Shown here: positions 26,858-36,939 of the stretch, in pieces
Numbering within the stretch: the stretch's first letter is position 1
Layout: each line of letters opens with the position of its first letter
Source of the DNA: Halobacteriovorax sp.
GTDB taxonomy: Bacteria > Bdellovibrionota > Bacteriovoracia > Bacteriovoracales > Bacteriovoracaceae
Assembly (NCBI RefSeq): GCF_041587335.1
Contig: NZ_JBFGYP010000002.1
Span: 3,928 to 67,927 of the forward strand
DNA length: 64,000 nt
Direction of reading: 5' to 3'
Program-made: the position numbers and the translations under genes
Notes under the pieces: model-generated
What the model saw: the letters and a program-made list of their open reading frames with translations, nothing else
Database searches by the model: none
What the model was told of the DNA's origin: nothing

Positions 26858-27961
26858 TTGATCAATACTATCGCTTTCAACTTATATATCTATAAAAAAG
26901 GGCATATTTTGAAATTTGCTTATTTTGGTACATTATTCATTATTACAAGTTGCGCTGGTCCTTATCATCCATTTGGATCAAACTATTCAGTATCAAAAAT
27001 AAGTAATGACTTATTTAAAAAATCTAAACAACATAAAGCTGGGCAAGACCTAGATAGTAAAAATATAATCTTTTCACCAAAGTATCAGGTTCTCCATGAG
27101 AGTCGAAACTTCTCTATAGAGATTAAAAGAAATGAAACCTCTTCAGAAGAGAAAATTTACTTTTTTTACAATAATGTTGATATCACAGACCAAGTTGAGG
27201 CCATTTCAAATGTAGACAGAACAAGTACTAAGATCATTTATACAATAGCAAACTTAACACTTCCTCCAGTAGAGTCTCACAACTTTAGTGTGATCTACAA
27301 ATCTTCACCTGAAGCAGCTCCTATTGGAAAAACTTATCCTTTCCCAGACTGTGATATACAGGACAACCCGTTGCTATCTGCTGCAAAGATCAAGGCAAGA
27401 AGATCTGTAAAGAATGCACTAAAAAAAATAGCTGAAGAAACTGAACTAAATTCAGCTCTGATGGCAGGTCTCATAGAACAAGAGTCAAGCTTTAACCCTA
27501 AGGCTGTGAGTTGGGCAAAAGCAGTTGGTCTAACTCAAATTACCCCAGTAGCGGAGAAACAACTATTAGAAAATAAAGAGTATTATGCATATCCCAAGTG
27601 GGGTCGCTTACCAGCTTCAGTCTTAAAGACCTATATTGAAACAGGAAAAATTAATAAAGATAACGACTGGAAACTAGACCCAATACAATCAATAAAGGGT
27701 GGTTTTGACTACCTGGAGTATATTTCTAACTATTGGAAAAAGCCTCAAAATATAGAAGCATTCCCAGAGCAAATTAAGAATAATGATGAAGAGCTCACTT
27801 CAATAATTCTTGCAAGTTATAATTCTGGTCCTAGTAGAGTTAAAAGAAATTTACTTAAAAGAGGAATGTACTGGCTGGAAGCAAGAGAGCTGAAAGAAGC
27901 AAGAAAGTATGTCTATAAAGTTAAAAGTTACTGTAGGCAGTATGCCATAGAGAGAGATTAA
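26858..27961 (+). CDS. lytic transglycosylase (SLT domain), probable lipoprotein
   Basis: SLT catalytic block GLIEQESSFNPKAVSWAKAVGLTQITP, then YNSGP. ORF opens at TTG. An in-frame TTG at 26909 gives KFAYFGTLFIITSC, a lipobox-like signal. Confidence 0.8.
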   Translation: MINTIAFNLYIYKKGHILKFAYFGTLFIITSCAGPYHPFGSNYSVSKISNDLFKKSKQHKAGQDLDSKNIIFSPKYQVLHESRNFSIEIKRNETSSEEKIYFFYNNVDITDQVEAISNVDRTSTKIIYTIANLTLPPVESHNFSVIYKSSPEAAPIGKTYPFPDCDIQDNPLLSAAKIKARRSVKNALKKIAEETELNSALMAGLIEQESSFNPKAVSWAKAVGLTQITPVAEKQLLENKEYYAYPKWGRLPASVLKTYIETGKINKDNDWKLDPIQSIKGGFDYLEYISNYWKKPQNIEAFPEQIKNNDEELTSIILASYNSGPSRVKRNLLKRGMYWLEARELKEARKYVYKVKSYCRQYAIERD

Positions 27962-27962
27962 T

Positions 27963-28700
27963 ATGACAAAACGTCCAACACTTCTCATTTTCACATGTCT
28001 TGTAATGATAGGAATAATTATCTCTATTCCACTCCAAATCTTAGCTCAGACAGAGGTTACAGCTATTAACTATAATATACTCTTGCAGCAGATTACAGTC
28101 TTCAACTGGCTCGTAATGATCTCTTGCTTTATGACAATGATGTTTGCCATCAATGGACATAAGCTACTACCTGTATCTGTTATATTCTTACTTTTATCAA
28201 TTCATATTAATAACTACTTTGTTTTCAAGTATGCTGTAAATATAGATTGGTACATCCCCCTCATCGCATCTTGCCTATCGAGTATTCTTGCATTTTCCTT
28301 TTTATTAAATAAGAACATAAGATATACAGCAAATAATCAGGACAAGAGATGGTGGTTAATTCCAAAGAGGCATCAAAAAACACTTCCGATCTGGATAGTT
28401 CTAGATGATAGTCGTTGCGTCCTAGCACATACTTTTGATCTATCTAAAACAGGTACATTTATTTCAACAATAGATGGTCTAGAGAATAAACTTCAAAGCG
28501 AACTTGAACTTGGTAGAGATGTAAAAATATTAATCGGAGATAAAGATGATATTGAATTTCACTGCAATGCCTCTGTTGTAAGAAAAACACAAGCAAAGGG
28601 CAACTACCCTAGCGGTATTGGGCTTCACTTTCATAACATCCCTATTATAGAAAAGTTCCACTTAAGTAGAATTCTCAATAACCCTAGTCTTGGTCTTTGA
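27963..28700 (+). CDS. membrane-anchored PilZ-domain protein
   Basis: About 4 TM helices, then a PilZ pattern: KRHQK (degenerate RxxxR), DLSKTG (DxSxxG), VVRK...SGIGLHF. ATG lies 1 nt after the SLT gene stop. Confidence 0.7.
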   Translation: MTKRPTLLIFTCLVMIGIIISIPLQILAQTEVTAINYNILLQQITVFNWLVMISCFMTMMFAINGHKLLPVSVIFLLLSIHINNYFVFKYAVNIDWYIPLIASCLSSILAFSFLLNKNIRYTANNQDKRWWLIPKRHQKTLPIWIVLDDSRCVLAHTFDLSKTGTFISTIDGLENKLQSELELGRDVKILIGDKDDIEFHCNASVVRKTQAKGNYPSGIGLHFHNIPIIEKFHLSRILNNPSLGL

Positions 28701-30972
28701 AGCAAAATATTATTGCAGGTAAAAGAAGTAAGTCTGTAATAAGAGCTATCGATAGAACTAGAGCACAAAGAATACCAAAATTTATGTTTGGAGTTAAGTT
28801 CGCAAACATAAACAACCCAAAACATGACACTAGAATAATAGTAGTAACTATTAAGGCAAGCCCAGTTGAAGTAAATACTTTAACCATCGAATCATAAATA
28901 TTGAGTCCACTTCTTCTTAATAAATTATAATGGCTTAAAAAGTGAATTGTATCATCAACAGCAATCCCTAAAGTAACACTAGCAACAATTGCACAACCAA
29001 TGTCTATAGGCTTATCGAGTAACGTTAAGGCCCCAGCGCCAAAGATGATTGGTAACACATTAGGTATAAGGCTAAGAAGACCTAACTTAATATTTTTGAA
29101 TATCAAAATCATTATTATAGTTATTAAAGTCAAGGCCATAGCAATAGACGTAAAGAAAGTATAGACAACATAACTATTCATTCTATGAAATAGAATTGGC
29201 TTTCCAGTTGTCTTTATATCTAGTCCCATTTCCTGGGCCTTTTTCTCATAATCCTCAACTCCAAGAAGAGAATCTTTCGACGTCTGCAGAGACCACAAAA
29301 TGGATAGCCTCAACTTTTGCTGAGAAAGGTCCATTCTATTATTTAAATCCATTCCAACTGGAAGAGACATTGTATACATGAATAACTCTTGAGCAATTTG
29401 ATCTTTACGTTCAGGAATTTTAAAGAACTCCTTCTTGCCTTCATTTAAGGATTGATTCATTTCCTTGAGAATGTTTATTACACTAAGGGATTTATTTACA
29501 TACTCTTTTTCCTCTAACCAATCTTGGAAAGACTCCACCTTATAGAGAAACTCTGGAGACGTAACTCCTCCTGGAACTCCTGAGTCTACAATCAACTCTG
29601 GTCCTCCTACTCCACCATATGACTTTAAAACAAATCGGTTACCTTTTGAAATAGGGTCATCTTTAGAAAAGTAAGTATAGGGATCAGAGTTAATTTCATT
29701 TTTTATAGCAAGATAAGTAAACAAACTAGATACAACAAGGAAGCCAGCAATAATATAAAGTCTATATGACTTAACAAAATCTAAATAACTTCTAACAGAA
29801 TCCTCTGAGAGAACCTTCCCTTTTAAACTTGTAGGAGTCTTGTTCTTGTTGAATATAATTAGCAAAGGCACTGCTGTTAAATAAGTATAGAGAAAAGCAA
29901 AGAAGGTCCCTATCCCTGCAAGGACCCCTAGGTCTGCGACAGGTTTAATATCACTAGATGTAAGCGAGAAAAATCCAATCATTGTAGAAAAAGTAGTGAG
30001 AAAAATAGGCCACAAATTCTTTCTTAATGTATGTGTACATGCATGAAACCTATCACCTGTCTTAGCAAACTCATCATAAAAGGAGGCCATAAGGTGCACA
30101 GAGTCTGCAACAGAGATAGCAATTAATATTGATGGAAGCACAAATGTTAAACTATTTACAGTAAAGCCAAAAAGTCCAATTAAGCAAGTTGTAGATATCA
30201 AAGATAGAGCGATGATCACTGTTGGTATAACAACACCAATGACACTTCTAAAGCAGTAGACAAGATAGAGCATTACTAATAAGAGAAGTAATGGCGACAT
30301 AGTGAAAAGATCATCAAAAGAAACTTTTTGAAAACGATCAGATAAAGGGGGTTGCCCCATATAATGAAAAGTAATCCCCTCTTCATCTCTATATTCTTCA
30401 GTGATCTTTTTTAGACCCTCAGTAATAACAGCATAATCAGGTGCTTTATCTGGATTGTGCGAAATGAAGGCATAAATAGAGGCACTCTTACCGTCATCAC
30501 TCACATAGTAACCAGGAATTACTTTATGTGCTAAGGCCTCTTCTCTTTTTTGTAGAAGATATCTCTCATCTGAGAGTTTTTCAGGATAGAGAAATTCTTC
30601 TGTAAGAATTTCATCTTCAAAAGATCTAGTCCAATAGAAGTTTGTGAGAGATTGCACCCTCATAACCTCAGGAACTTTCCACATCTTTTGAGTAAGGTCT
30701 TCTAGCATAGTCATGAATTTAGGGTTAAACACATCTGTATCTGACTCAATAATAAGAGTTGCCGACTCATCATTTCCGAATGTTTTTTCGAAAACTTCTA
30801 GAGTTTTAATGTTTGGGTCATTACTGGCAAACCAAACTTTTGCAGAAAAATCCATTTTTGTATTTACTAGAAAAGGTAACCCAGAAAGGAAGATCAGTGC
30901 TGCTAAAAGCAAGCATATATGTTTATGGAGAACAACAAAATTAACAAGTCTATTTCTTATTTGATTATGCAC
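28684..30972 (-). CDS. RND-superfamily exporter (MMPL/SSD-type, 12 TM, two periplasmic loops)
   Basis: 762 aa with two repeated halves, each a large soluble loop followed by 5-6 TM. Sterol-sensing-like blocks (SVADSVHL, GIAVDDTIHF). Confidence 0.8.
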   Translation of the reverse strand: MHNQIRNRLVNFVVLHKHICLLLAALIFLSGLPFLVNTKMDFSAKVWFASNDPNIKTLEVFEKTFGNDESATLIIESDTDVFNPKFMTMLEDLTQKMWKVPEVMRVQSLTNFYWTRSFEDEILTEEFLYPEKLSDERYLLQKREEALAHKVIPGYYVSDDGKSASIYAFISHNPDKAPDYAVITEGLKKITEEYRDEEGITFHYMGQPPLSDRFQKVSFDDLFTMSPLLLLLVMLYLVYCFRSVIGVVIPTVIIALSLISTTCLIGLFGFTVNSLTFVLPSILIAISVADSVHLMASFYDEFAKTGDRFHACTHTLRKNLWPIFLTTFSTMIGFFSLTSSDIKPVADLGVLAGIGTFFAFLYTYLTAVPLLIIFNKNKTPTSLKGKVLSEDSVRSYLDFVKSYRLYIIAGFLVVSSLFTYLAIKNEINSDPYTYFSKDDPISKGNRFVLKSYGGVGGPELIVDSGVPGGVTSPEFLYKVESFQDWLEEKEYVNKSLSVINILKEMNQSLNEGKKEFFKIPERKDQIAQELFMYTMSLPVGMDLNNRMDLSQQKLRLSILWSLQTSKDSLLGVEDYEKKAQEMGLDIKTTGKPILFHRMNSYVVYTFFTSIAMALTLITIIMILIFKNIKLGLLSLIPNVLPIIFGAGALTLLDKPIDIGCAIVASVTLGIAVDDTIHFLSHYNLLRRSGLNIYDSMVKVFTSTGLALIVTTIILVSCFGLFMFANLTPNINFGILCALVLSIALITDLLLLPAIIFCFKDQD

Positions 30973-31040
30973 TTTTTTACTCTATATTTATGTTCAATTA
31001 TGACAATTAATTCAATAACTATATAATTATCCTCTATTGA

Positions 31041-32402
31041 TTGCATATTAACAACACTACTGATAAACGACAAACTATGAAAAAAACATACTTATCTACT
31101 ATTAAAGAGATCTTCATATTCTCTATCCCCTTGATTGCAGGCCAAATAGGCCAGATGCTTTTTGGAATTGGTGACATTGTCGTCGCTGGTAGATACTCAA
31201 ATGATGTTGTTGCAGCACTCGGTGTGGCAAATGGACTACTTGCTCCTTTAATGATGTTTGGACTAGGTGTGACATTCGCAGTAGGCCCATTATCGAGCCA
31301 ATTCAGAGGTAAAAAGCAAAAGGATAACTCACTATTTGCTAATGCTCATTATTTAATGCTGTCCTTAAGTCTTCTCTTATTAATTGGTATAGGAGGTTTA
31401 ATTCTTCTACTTCCTACATTTAACTTCAACCCAAATATAGCACCGCTAATTCTAGACTATATATTAATAGCAGGTCCTAGTATTATTCCGGCCATATTGT
31501 TTCAAGTATCTAAAGAATACTTACAAGCATGGGATAGAAATGTTTTTTCAAACATCTTAATTCTTATATTCAATGTCATAAATATAGCGATGAATTATAT
31601 TTTGATATTTGGAGAATTTGGCCTACCTGAACTTGGAATAAAAGGTGCGGCCATTGCAACAACGATATCTAGAACATTAATGTTCCTTACATTATTCTTC
31701 TATACTAAGTCTAAGTTCGAGATCGACTGGAGTTTCAATAAGGTATTATTCAAAAGAATTTATAAATTTGGTATACCTATTGGGCTAGGAACTTTGAGTG
31801 AGATACTTATGTTCTCGGCGGTGACTGTACTAATTGGGAAGATGTCTATTATTGCTTCAGCTTCACACAATATAGTTTTGAACCTAGCAAGTTGTACATT
31901 TATGATTCCTCTCGCGATCTCCAGCGCTGCTTCCGTAAAGGTTGGAAAAGAATATGGAGCAGGTAGCCAGCAAGGGGTACTACTCTACTCACTTTCATCA
32001 ATAATTATGGTTGCTTTAATAATGATTGGAACCTGTGTGATGTATCTCACTATTCCAAATATTCTCGTTAGATTTGCAACAGATGACCCAGAACTAATCA
32101 GTTATAGTGCAGGTCTTTTACTCTACGTTGGGCTTTTTCAAATTCCAGATGGAATTCAGGTCACTCTTTGGGGAGTATTAAGAGGACTTGAGGAAACAAA
32201 ATACCCAATGATACTTTCACTCATCTTCAACTGGTGTGTTGGAATACCAATTGGTTACTGGCTTGCGACATCAAAAGAGATGGAAGCAGCTGGGCTCTGG
32301 GCCGGTCTGGCCATAGGGCTAACGATTATGTCTGTAGGCTTAAGCTGTGTATTTTTCTTTAAATATCGTGTAGTTAAGGCCAATCTAGTCCCTATCGCCT
32401 AA
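31041..32402 (+). CDS. MATE-family efflux transporter
   Basis: 12 TM. N-terminal PLIAGQIGQMLFGIGDIVVAGR is typical of NorM/MATE. ORF opens at TTG, ATG alternative at 31077 (MKKTYLST). Confidence 0.85.
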   Translation: MHINNTTDKRQTMKKTYLSTIKEIFIFSIPLIAGQIGQMLFGIGDIVVAGRYSNDVVAALGVANGLLAPLMMFGLGVTFAVGPLSSQFRGKKQKDNSLFANAHYLMLSLSLLLLIGIGGLILLLPTFNFNPNIAPLILDYILIAGPSIIPAILFQVSKEYLQAWDRNVFSNILILIFNVINIAMNYILIFGEFGLPELGIKGAAIATTISRTLMFLTLFFYTKSKFEIDWSFNKVLFKRIYKFGIPIGLGTLSEILMFSAVTVLIGKMSIIASASHNIVLNLASCTFMIPLAISSAASVKVGKEYGAGSQQGVLLYSLSSIIMVALIMIGTCVMYLTIPNILVRFATDDPELISYSAGLLLYVGLFQIPDGIQVTLWGVLRGLEETKYPMILSLIFNWCVGIPIGYWLATSKEMEAAGLWAGLAIGLTIMSVGLSCVFFFKYRVVKANLVPIA

Positions 32403-32501
32403 CACTGTCCTAACAAAAACTTGTTAGGTAACACTTACATGCTCACTAGACTCTTCCCTATAAGTGTTTTATTTTTCCAACAAATATTTATAGGGGAAAA
32501 G

Positions 32502-33548
32502 ATGAAATACTCAATGATGCTCTTAGTAGCAATATCACTTCTCACTTCATGTGGTGATAAGCACACTTTTGATACTCCAGTAGGGAGTGATAGCAGTGGA
32601 AACTTTCAACAAACAGGAACTCAAAACCTTAGCTCAATTGTTGAAATAACTCCTCATGATGATCCTTCTGACTATTACAATGACGCTTTTCACGCGAAGT
32701 ACTTATCTAACCTATCTAATCCAAGTAAAATTTCTGATAAGGATTTAAAAAATCTAAAATCAGAGCTTAATAAGGTTTTAAAATGGGAACATACAAGAGT
32801 TCCAGGAAAAAGAGATTCTTCAAAAAGATGCCCAAAGGGTGCTAAAGAATCTAACTCATGTTACTCACATGACTTCGACACATACAGAGATTATAGTTTA
32901 GCTAGAACTTACCTCTACGGTAAGATTCATCTTCAAGTTACAGATGAGGGAGAATACGCCCTTGATACACTTTATTGTCAGAAGGTATTTACAAGCAAAG
33001 ACTTGAAAAACCCTCAGTATTCAATTGGTGTAATGAAAAAGCCTGACTACAATACAATTAATGCTGAACATATTTGGCCTAGAAGTAAGTTTGAAGAAGT
33101 TAAAGAATCTAACTTCTACAATCTGAAACTAGCAGACATACACAATCTTTCACCTTCGTTTGCAAAAACAAATCAAGAAAGATGGAACTATCCTTTTGGT
33201 AACTTAACTCCTGATGCAAGTGTAGTTAAGAACTTCTCAGAGTACTGTGACACATCAGATGCAGTCGTATTTACTAAAAATAATAACAACTACATTGAAG
33301 CCCCTGATGCTGTTAAAGGTGATATCGCTAGAGCAATGTTCTACATGTCTGCAAGGTACTTCAACTACAAGAAACCTCAATCTATGAATATTGATGCTGA
33401 ACAAGAGGCAGTATTAAGAGGATGGCATAAATTAGATCCAGTATCTGATGAAGAAAGAGAGAGAAACAATAAGATCTTCTCTGTTCAACATAATAGAAAT
33501 CCATTTGTAGATTACCCAGAGTTAGTTGACCTAGTCGACGACCTCTAG
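32502..33548 (+). CDS. extracellular endonuclease I family nuclease, lipoprotein
   Basis: Start placed at MKYSMMLLVAISLLTSC (lipobox); the ORF track opens at 32421. NAEHIWPRSKF, GDIARAMFYM, NRNPFVDYP motifs shared with the paralogue at 44933. Confidence 0.85.
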   Translation: MKYSMMLLVAISLLTSCGDKHTFDTPVGSDSSGNFQQTGTQNLSSIVEITPHDDPSDYYNDAFHAKYLSNLSNPSKISDKDLKNLKSELNKVLKWEHTRVPGKRDSSKRCPKGAKESNSCYSHDFDTYRDYSLARTYLYGKIHLQVTDEGEYALDTLYCQKVFTSKDLKNPQYSIGVMKKPDYNTINAEHIWPRSKFEEVKESNFYNLKLADIHNLSPSFAKTNQERWNYPFGNLTPDASVVKNFSEYCDTSDAVVFTKNNNNYIEAPDAVKGDIARAMFYMSARYFNYKKPQSMNIDAEQEAVLRGWHKLDPVSDEERERNNKIFSVQHNRNPFVDYPELVDLVDDL

Positions 33549-33557
33549 TCAAAAGAT

Positions 33558-33585
33558 ACGCCTGAGTAATCTCTTATTCAGGCGT
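33558..33585. terminator. bidirectional hairpin terminator between convergent nuclease and dsbA-like genes
   Basis: acgcctgagtaa-tctc-ttattcaggcgt: 12-bp stem (one G-U), 4-nt loop. Lies 10 nt after the plus-gene stop and abuts the minus-gene stop. Confidence 0.6.
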
Positions 33586-34376
33586 TATAGTTTTAAGCTT
33601 CCCCTCTCAACTAACTTAGAAATAATCATATCAAAGTGCTCTAAAGGGTACGCCCCTCGAATTGGGATTCCGTTTACTAGAAATCCAGGAGTTCCCTCCA
33701 TACCAAATCGAGAGGCTTCAGATAGGTCCTCAGCAATTCTAAGCTTTATAGCTTCAGAATCTAAGTCACTACTCAACCTCTTCATATTTACGCCAAGTTT
33801 CTTACTCAGCTCTTTCAAGAACTTTTCCCCGCTCTTTAAATCACTTTGATTATTGAAAATATAGTCATGAAACTCTATTGCTAACTTCTCATCTTGAAGC
33901 CTAACAGCTTCATAGTACTTTGCTGCAATCACTGCATTCTCATGAAAGCTTAATGGTAGATGCTTAAAAACAAACTGAACCTTTCCATCGTATTTCTTTA
34001 ACAATGACTTAACCGTCTTAAAGCCTTTTGAGCAATATGGACATTCAAAGTCACTATACTCAACTACAGTGATAGGAGCTCCCTTAGTTCCACGAATGAG
34101 CTCATCTTTTCTAATGACTGGTTTAAATGGATTATCAAAGGCCTTCTTTAGAAGTATTTCTTGATCAAGTTTTCGTTGCTCAACGATTTTTTGCTGACCT
34201 CTTCTCACTGCATTTTGAAATGCAATAACAAATTGATCAGGATTACTTTCAATAACCTTTGTTAGAATTTCTGGTCTATCAATCAGGGTCTTTGTAAGTT
34301 TCTCTTCGAAACGTTCTTGAGTAGTACAAGAAGCGAAGATTAAAAGTGGCGTCAAAAGTAATAATTGTTTTTTCAT
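33585..34376 (-). CDS. DsbA-family thiol:disulfide oxidoreductase, lipoprotein
   Basis: Thioredoxin CPYC active site (DFECPYC). Start placed at MKKQLLLLTPLLIFASC; the ORF track opens at 34427. Confidence 0.85.
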   Translation of the reverse strand: MKKQLLLLTPLLIFASCTTQERFEEKLTKTLIDRPEILTKVIESNPDQFVIAFQNAVRRGQQKIVEQRKLDQEILLKKAFDNPFKPVIRKDELIRGTKGAPITVVEYSDFECPYCSKGFKTVKSLLKKYDGKVQFVFKHLPLSFHENAVIAAKYYEAVRLQDEKLAIEFHDYIFNNQSDLKSGEKFLKELSKKLGVNMKRLSSDLDSEAIKLRIAEDLSEASRFGMEGTPGFLVNGIPIRGAYPLEHFDMIISKLVERGSLKL

Positions 34377-34445
34377 AGTTATCCCCTGTGATAATAATTT
34401 AACCACAGGAGATTTATAAAGTGTCATACCAATGTTAACTCTTAG

Positions 34446-35120
34446 TTAATTCTCATTGAATCTGAAACGATAACCAATTCCACGTACAGTTTCTATCAGC
34501 TCATCACTTAGTTTTTGTCTGATCTGAAGTACGTGAGTATCTACAGTTCTAGTAGAAGGATAATTCTCATACCCCCATACTTTATTTAAAATCTCTTCTC
34601 TTGAGAATGCTCTGTTTGGACTTTCTGCAAGAAGAGTAAGGAAATCAAACTCCATCTTAGTAAACTCTGTAACTTCACCGTGCCAACGTATTTCTCTTTC
34701 ATTTTGATTTATGACTAAATCTCCACGAGTAAGTACACCACTACTTGTTTCAGTGTCTTTTTTACCATGATCACGAATCTGTACTCTAATACGTGCAATG
34801 AGCTCTCTTGGCTCAAAAGGCTTAGTCATATAGTCATTAGCACCGGCCTCTAGACCAATAACCTTATCGATTAAGTCTGTTCTTGCTGTAAGCATAATCA
34901 CTGGTTTATTGAGGTCACTTTCTCTAACTTCTTTTAAGAAATCGACTCCCTGACCATCAGGTAACATCCAGTCTAGAATAATGAGCTCTTCATCACTTTT
35001 TAATTCCCTTGCTTGTGCCAAAGACTGTGCCCACACAACCTCATGACCCTCTCCTGTTAAATAACTCTTAAGTGAAGATCCTAAACTATCATCATCTTCT
35101 ACTAGTAACAATTTACTCAT
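34446..35120 (-). CDS. OmpR-family response regulator
   Basis: Receiver (LLVEDDD, ILDWMLPDGQG, MLTART, MTKPF) plus winged-helix output (SREEILNKVWG...TVDTHV...GIGYRF). 8-nt overlap with the upstream kinase gene. Confidence 0.9.
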   Translation of the reverse strand: MSKLLLVEDDDSLGSSLKSYLTGEGHEVVWAQSLAQARELKSDEELIILDWMLPDGQGVDFLKEVRESDLNKPVIMLTARTDLIDKVIGLEAGANDYMTKPFEPRELIARIRVQIRDHGKKDTETSSGVLTRGDLVINQNEREIRWHGEVTEFTKMEFDFLTLLAESPNRAFSREEILNKVWGYENYPSTRTVDTHVLQIRQKLSDELIETVRGIGYRFRFNEN

Positions 35121-36717
35121 GACTGACCTTCTCCTTCTGAGGGCGTCTATTTTTTAAGACTATACGGAAAGTTGTAGGATTTGGAGTGAAGCTAATTTCT
35201 CCCCCCATCTCTTTAACAACTTGTTTTACAATATTTAAACCAAGTCCTGTTCCAGAACTCTTATTTCCTTTTGCAAACTCTTCAGACATTTCTGTGAAAG
35301 ATTGAAACTCGCACTCTCCATGGTCTATGATACAAACCTCTACCGCTTCCTTTAAGTACTCAACTCTAACTTCAACAGGAGGCTTTCCATGAAAGAATGC
35401 ATTTCCAATTAGGTTTTTTAGCACTATCTGTGTCCAGTAAGAATCTAACCTTACGCTCTTATCTTCTATAGGTAGATTTAAAATTAAGTCGTCACCGTGC
35501 TCATCAACAAATGGTAATGCCAATTCATAAACAAAGTCATTCATTGAAGTGATCTCTTCGCAGTTGAGATGAATGAGCTTCTTACCTTTATTTGCCTTTA
35601 GATAATGCCTTGATGTTTCTGTAAGCCTTTGTAGTCTATAGACCTCACTAGACATCCTTAAAAAAGTTTCCTGAACATCATCATCCATTGTCTCATACTT
35701 CTTATTCAGTTTCTCCATCAAGAGCAGCATACTAGTGATAGGAGTTCTAAACTCATGACCTAAAATTCGTAGGGCAAGTCTTCTTTTTTCATCTTCATGC
35801 TTTTGATTTTGGAGTCGAATGATTAAGAGACGAACTACAATTACACATATTAAAACAAGTCCAAATAAGAATATTATTGTTCCTTTATTGGCAATTGTTA
35901 ATATATGTCCTACTCGATACTCCCAGCACAGCTGACCATCTTGATAAAAACAACTTCTACCAAATTTATGATTATGGAGAAAATACGGAGAATCTTTTAA
36001 AAATCCCTCTAGATCTTCTCTAGAATAAAAACGATATTCTAATATTGAAAAAAATGATGGATAAGTAATTCTGGCAAGTAAGAACTCTTCGGTAAGAATT
36101 GTTCCTCTACCTCTAGCGACTTTCCTAAGAGAGTCAGTATCTAGCTTTGCGAGTAAAGAAAACTTTCCACCCAGATCCCCAATTGATTTAGTAATCAGAG
36201 CAAGCTCTGTCACGTGAAAATATGGAAGGTTCTGTAAAACCCATTCTCTATTGTTTTGGTTATTTTTATTTAAGAGGTATGCAAGATAAGCGTAACTTTT
36301 CCCACTTGGATGCATATATGGAGCTTCTCTAAAAAAGCTGTCATTAATATTTGATATCTTACCACAGCGAAACTCTTCCCAAACCCAAACCTTCTCAAAG
36401 TTCATTCTACTCAATAGAGACTTAAGTCCAGTGAAACATCCACGACTAGAGAAATATTGAACACTTTTATCTGAACCAGGCTCTGGTAATGTATAAATAG
36501 GGTCAATGAGCTGAAACTGCTCTGGTGAGTAATATAGAGAGTTAAAGTTTATAATTGATTTTGGTGCCACAGACTTTTGAAAGTTCAATTTAAGACGAGT
36601 AATATTCTCTTCGTCTTCTGGCGTAGAGGTATAAGTTCCCTTTAAAAGAAGAGATACATAGCCTGTAGCAAAGGCCATTGATATTGCTGTAAATATGAGG
36701 ACTAAATATAATTTCAT
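35113..36717 (-). CDS. sensor histidine kinase (periplasmic sensor between two TM)
   Basis: H-box LGHEFRTPITSM, N-box NLIGNAFFH, GTGLGL. The ORF track opens at a TTG (36771); I place the start at the ATG giving MKLYLVLIFTAISMAF. Start uncertain. Confidence 0.8.
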   Translation of the reverse strand: MKLYLVLIFTAISMAFATGYVSLLLKGTYTSTPEDEENITRLKLNFQKSVAPKSIINFNSLYYSPEQFQLIDPIYTLPEPGSDKSVQYFSSRGCFTGLKSLLSRMNFEKVWVWEEFRCGKISNINDSFFREAPYMHPSGKSYAYLAYLLNKNNQNNREWVLQNLPYFHVTELALITKSIGDLGGKFSLLAKLDTDSLRKVARGRGTILTEEFLLARITYPSFFSILEYRFYSREDLEGFLKDSPYFLHNHKFGRSCFYQDGQLCWEYRVGHILTIANKGTIIFLFGLVLICVIVVRLLIIRLQNQKHEDEKRRLALRILGHEFRTPITSMLLLMEKLNKKYETMDDDVQETFLRMSSEVYRLQRLTETSRHYLKANKGKKLIHLNCEEITSMNDFVYELALPFVDEHGDDLILNLPIEDKSVRLDSYWTQIVLKNLIGNAFFHGKPPVEVRVEYLKEAVEVCIIDHGECEFQSFTEMSEEFAKGNKSSGTGLGLNIVKQVVKEMGGEISFTPNPTTFRIVLKNRRPQKEKVSHE

Positions 36718-36939
36718 TTTCAGTATATAAGTTAATCTAGTTAAGTGAGACAATTGTCCGTAAACAGTCAATTCTTTGTCATTATACTAGGATAATTAAT
36801 GCATAATTTCAAAACCTTATAATAGTCAGCAATAAAAAATAGTTAAATTTATGACTTATAACATAAAAGGCATTTGTAAAGATGCGTTACGGCCGATATA
36901 AGTACAACTCATTGTTATCATTATATTAAAGGGACAAAG

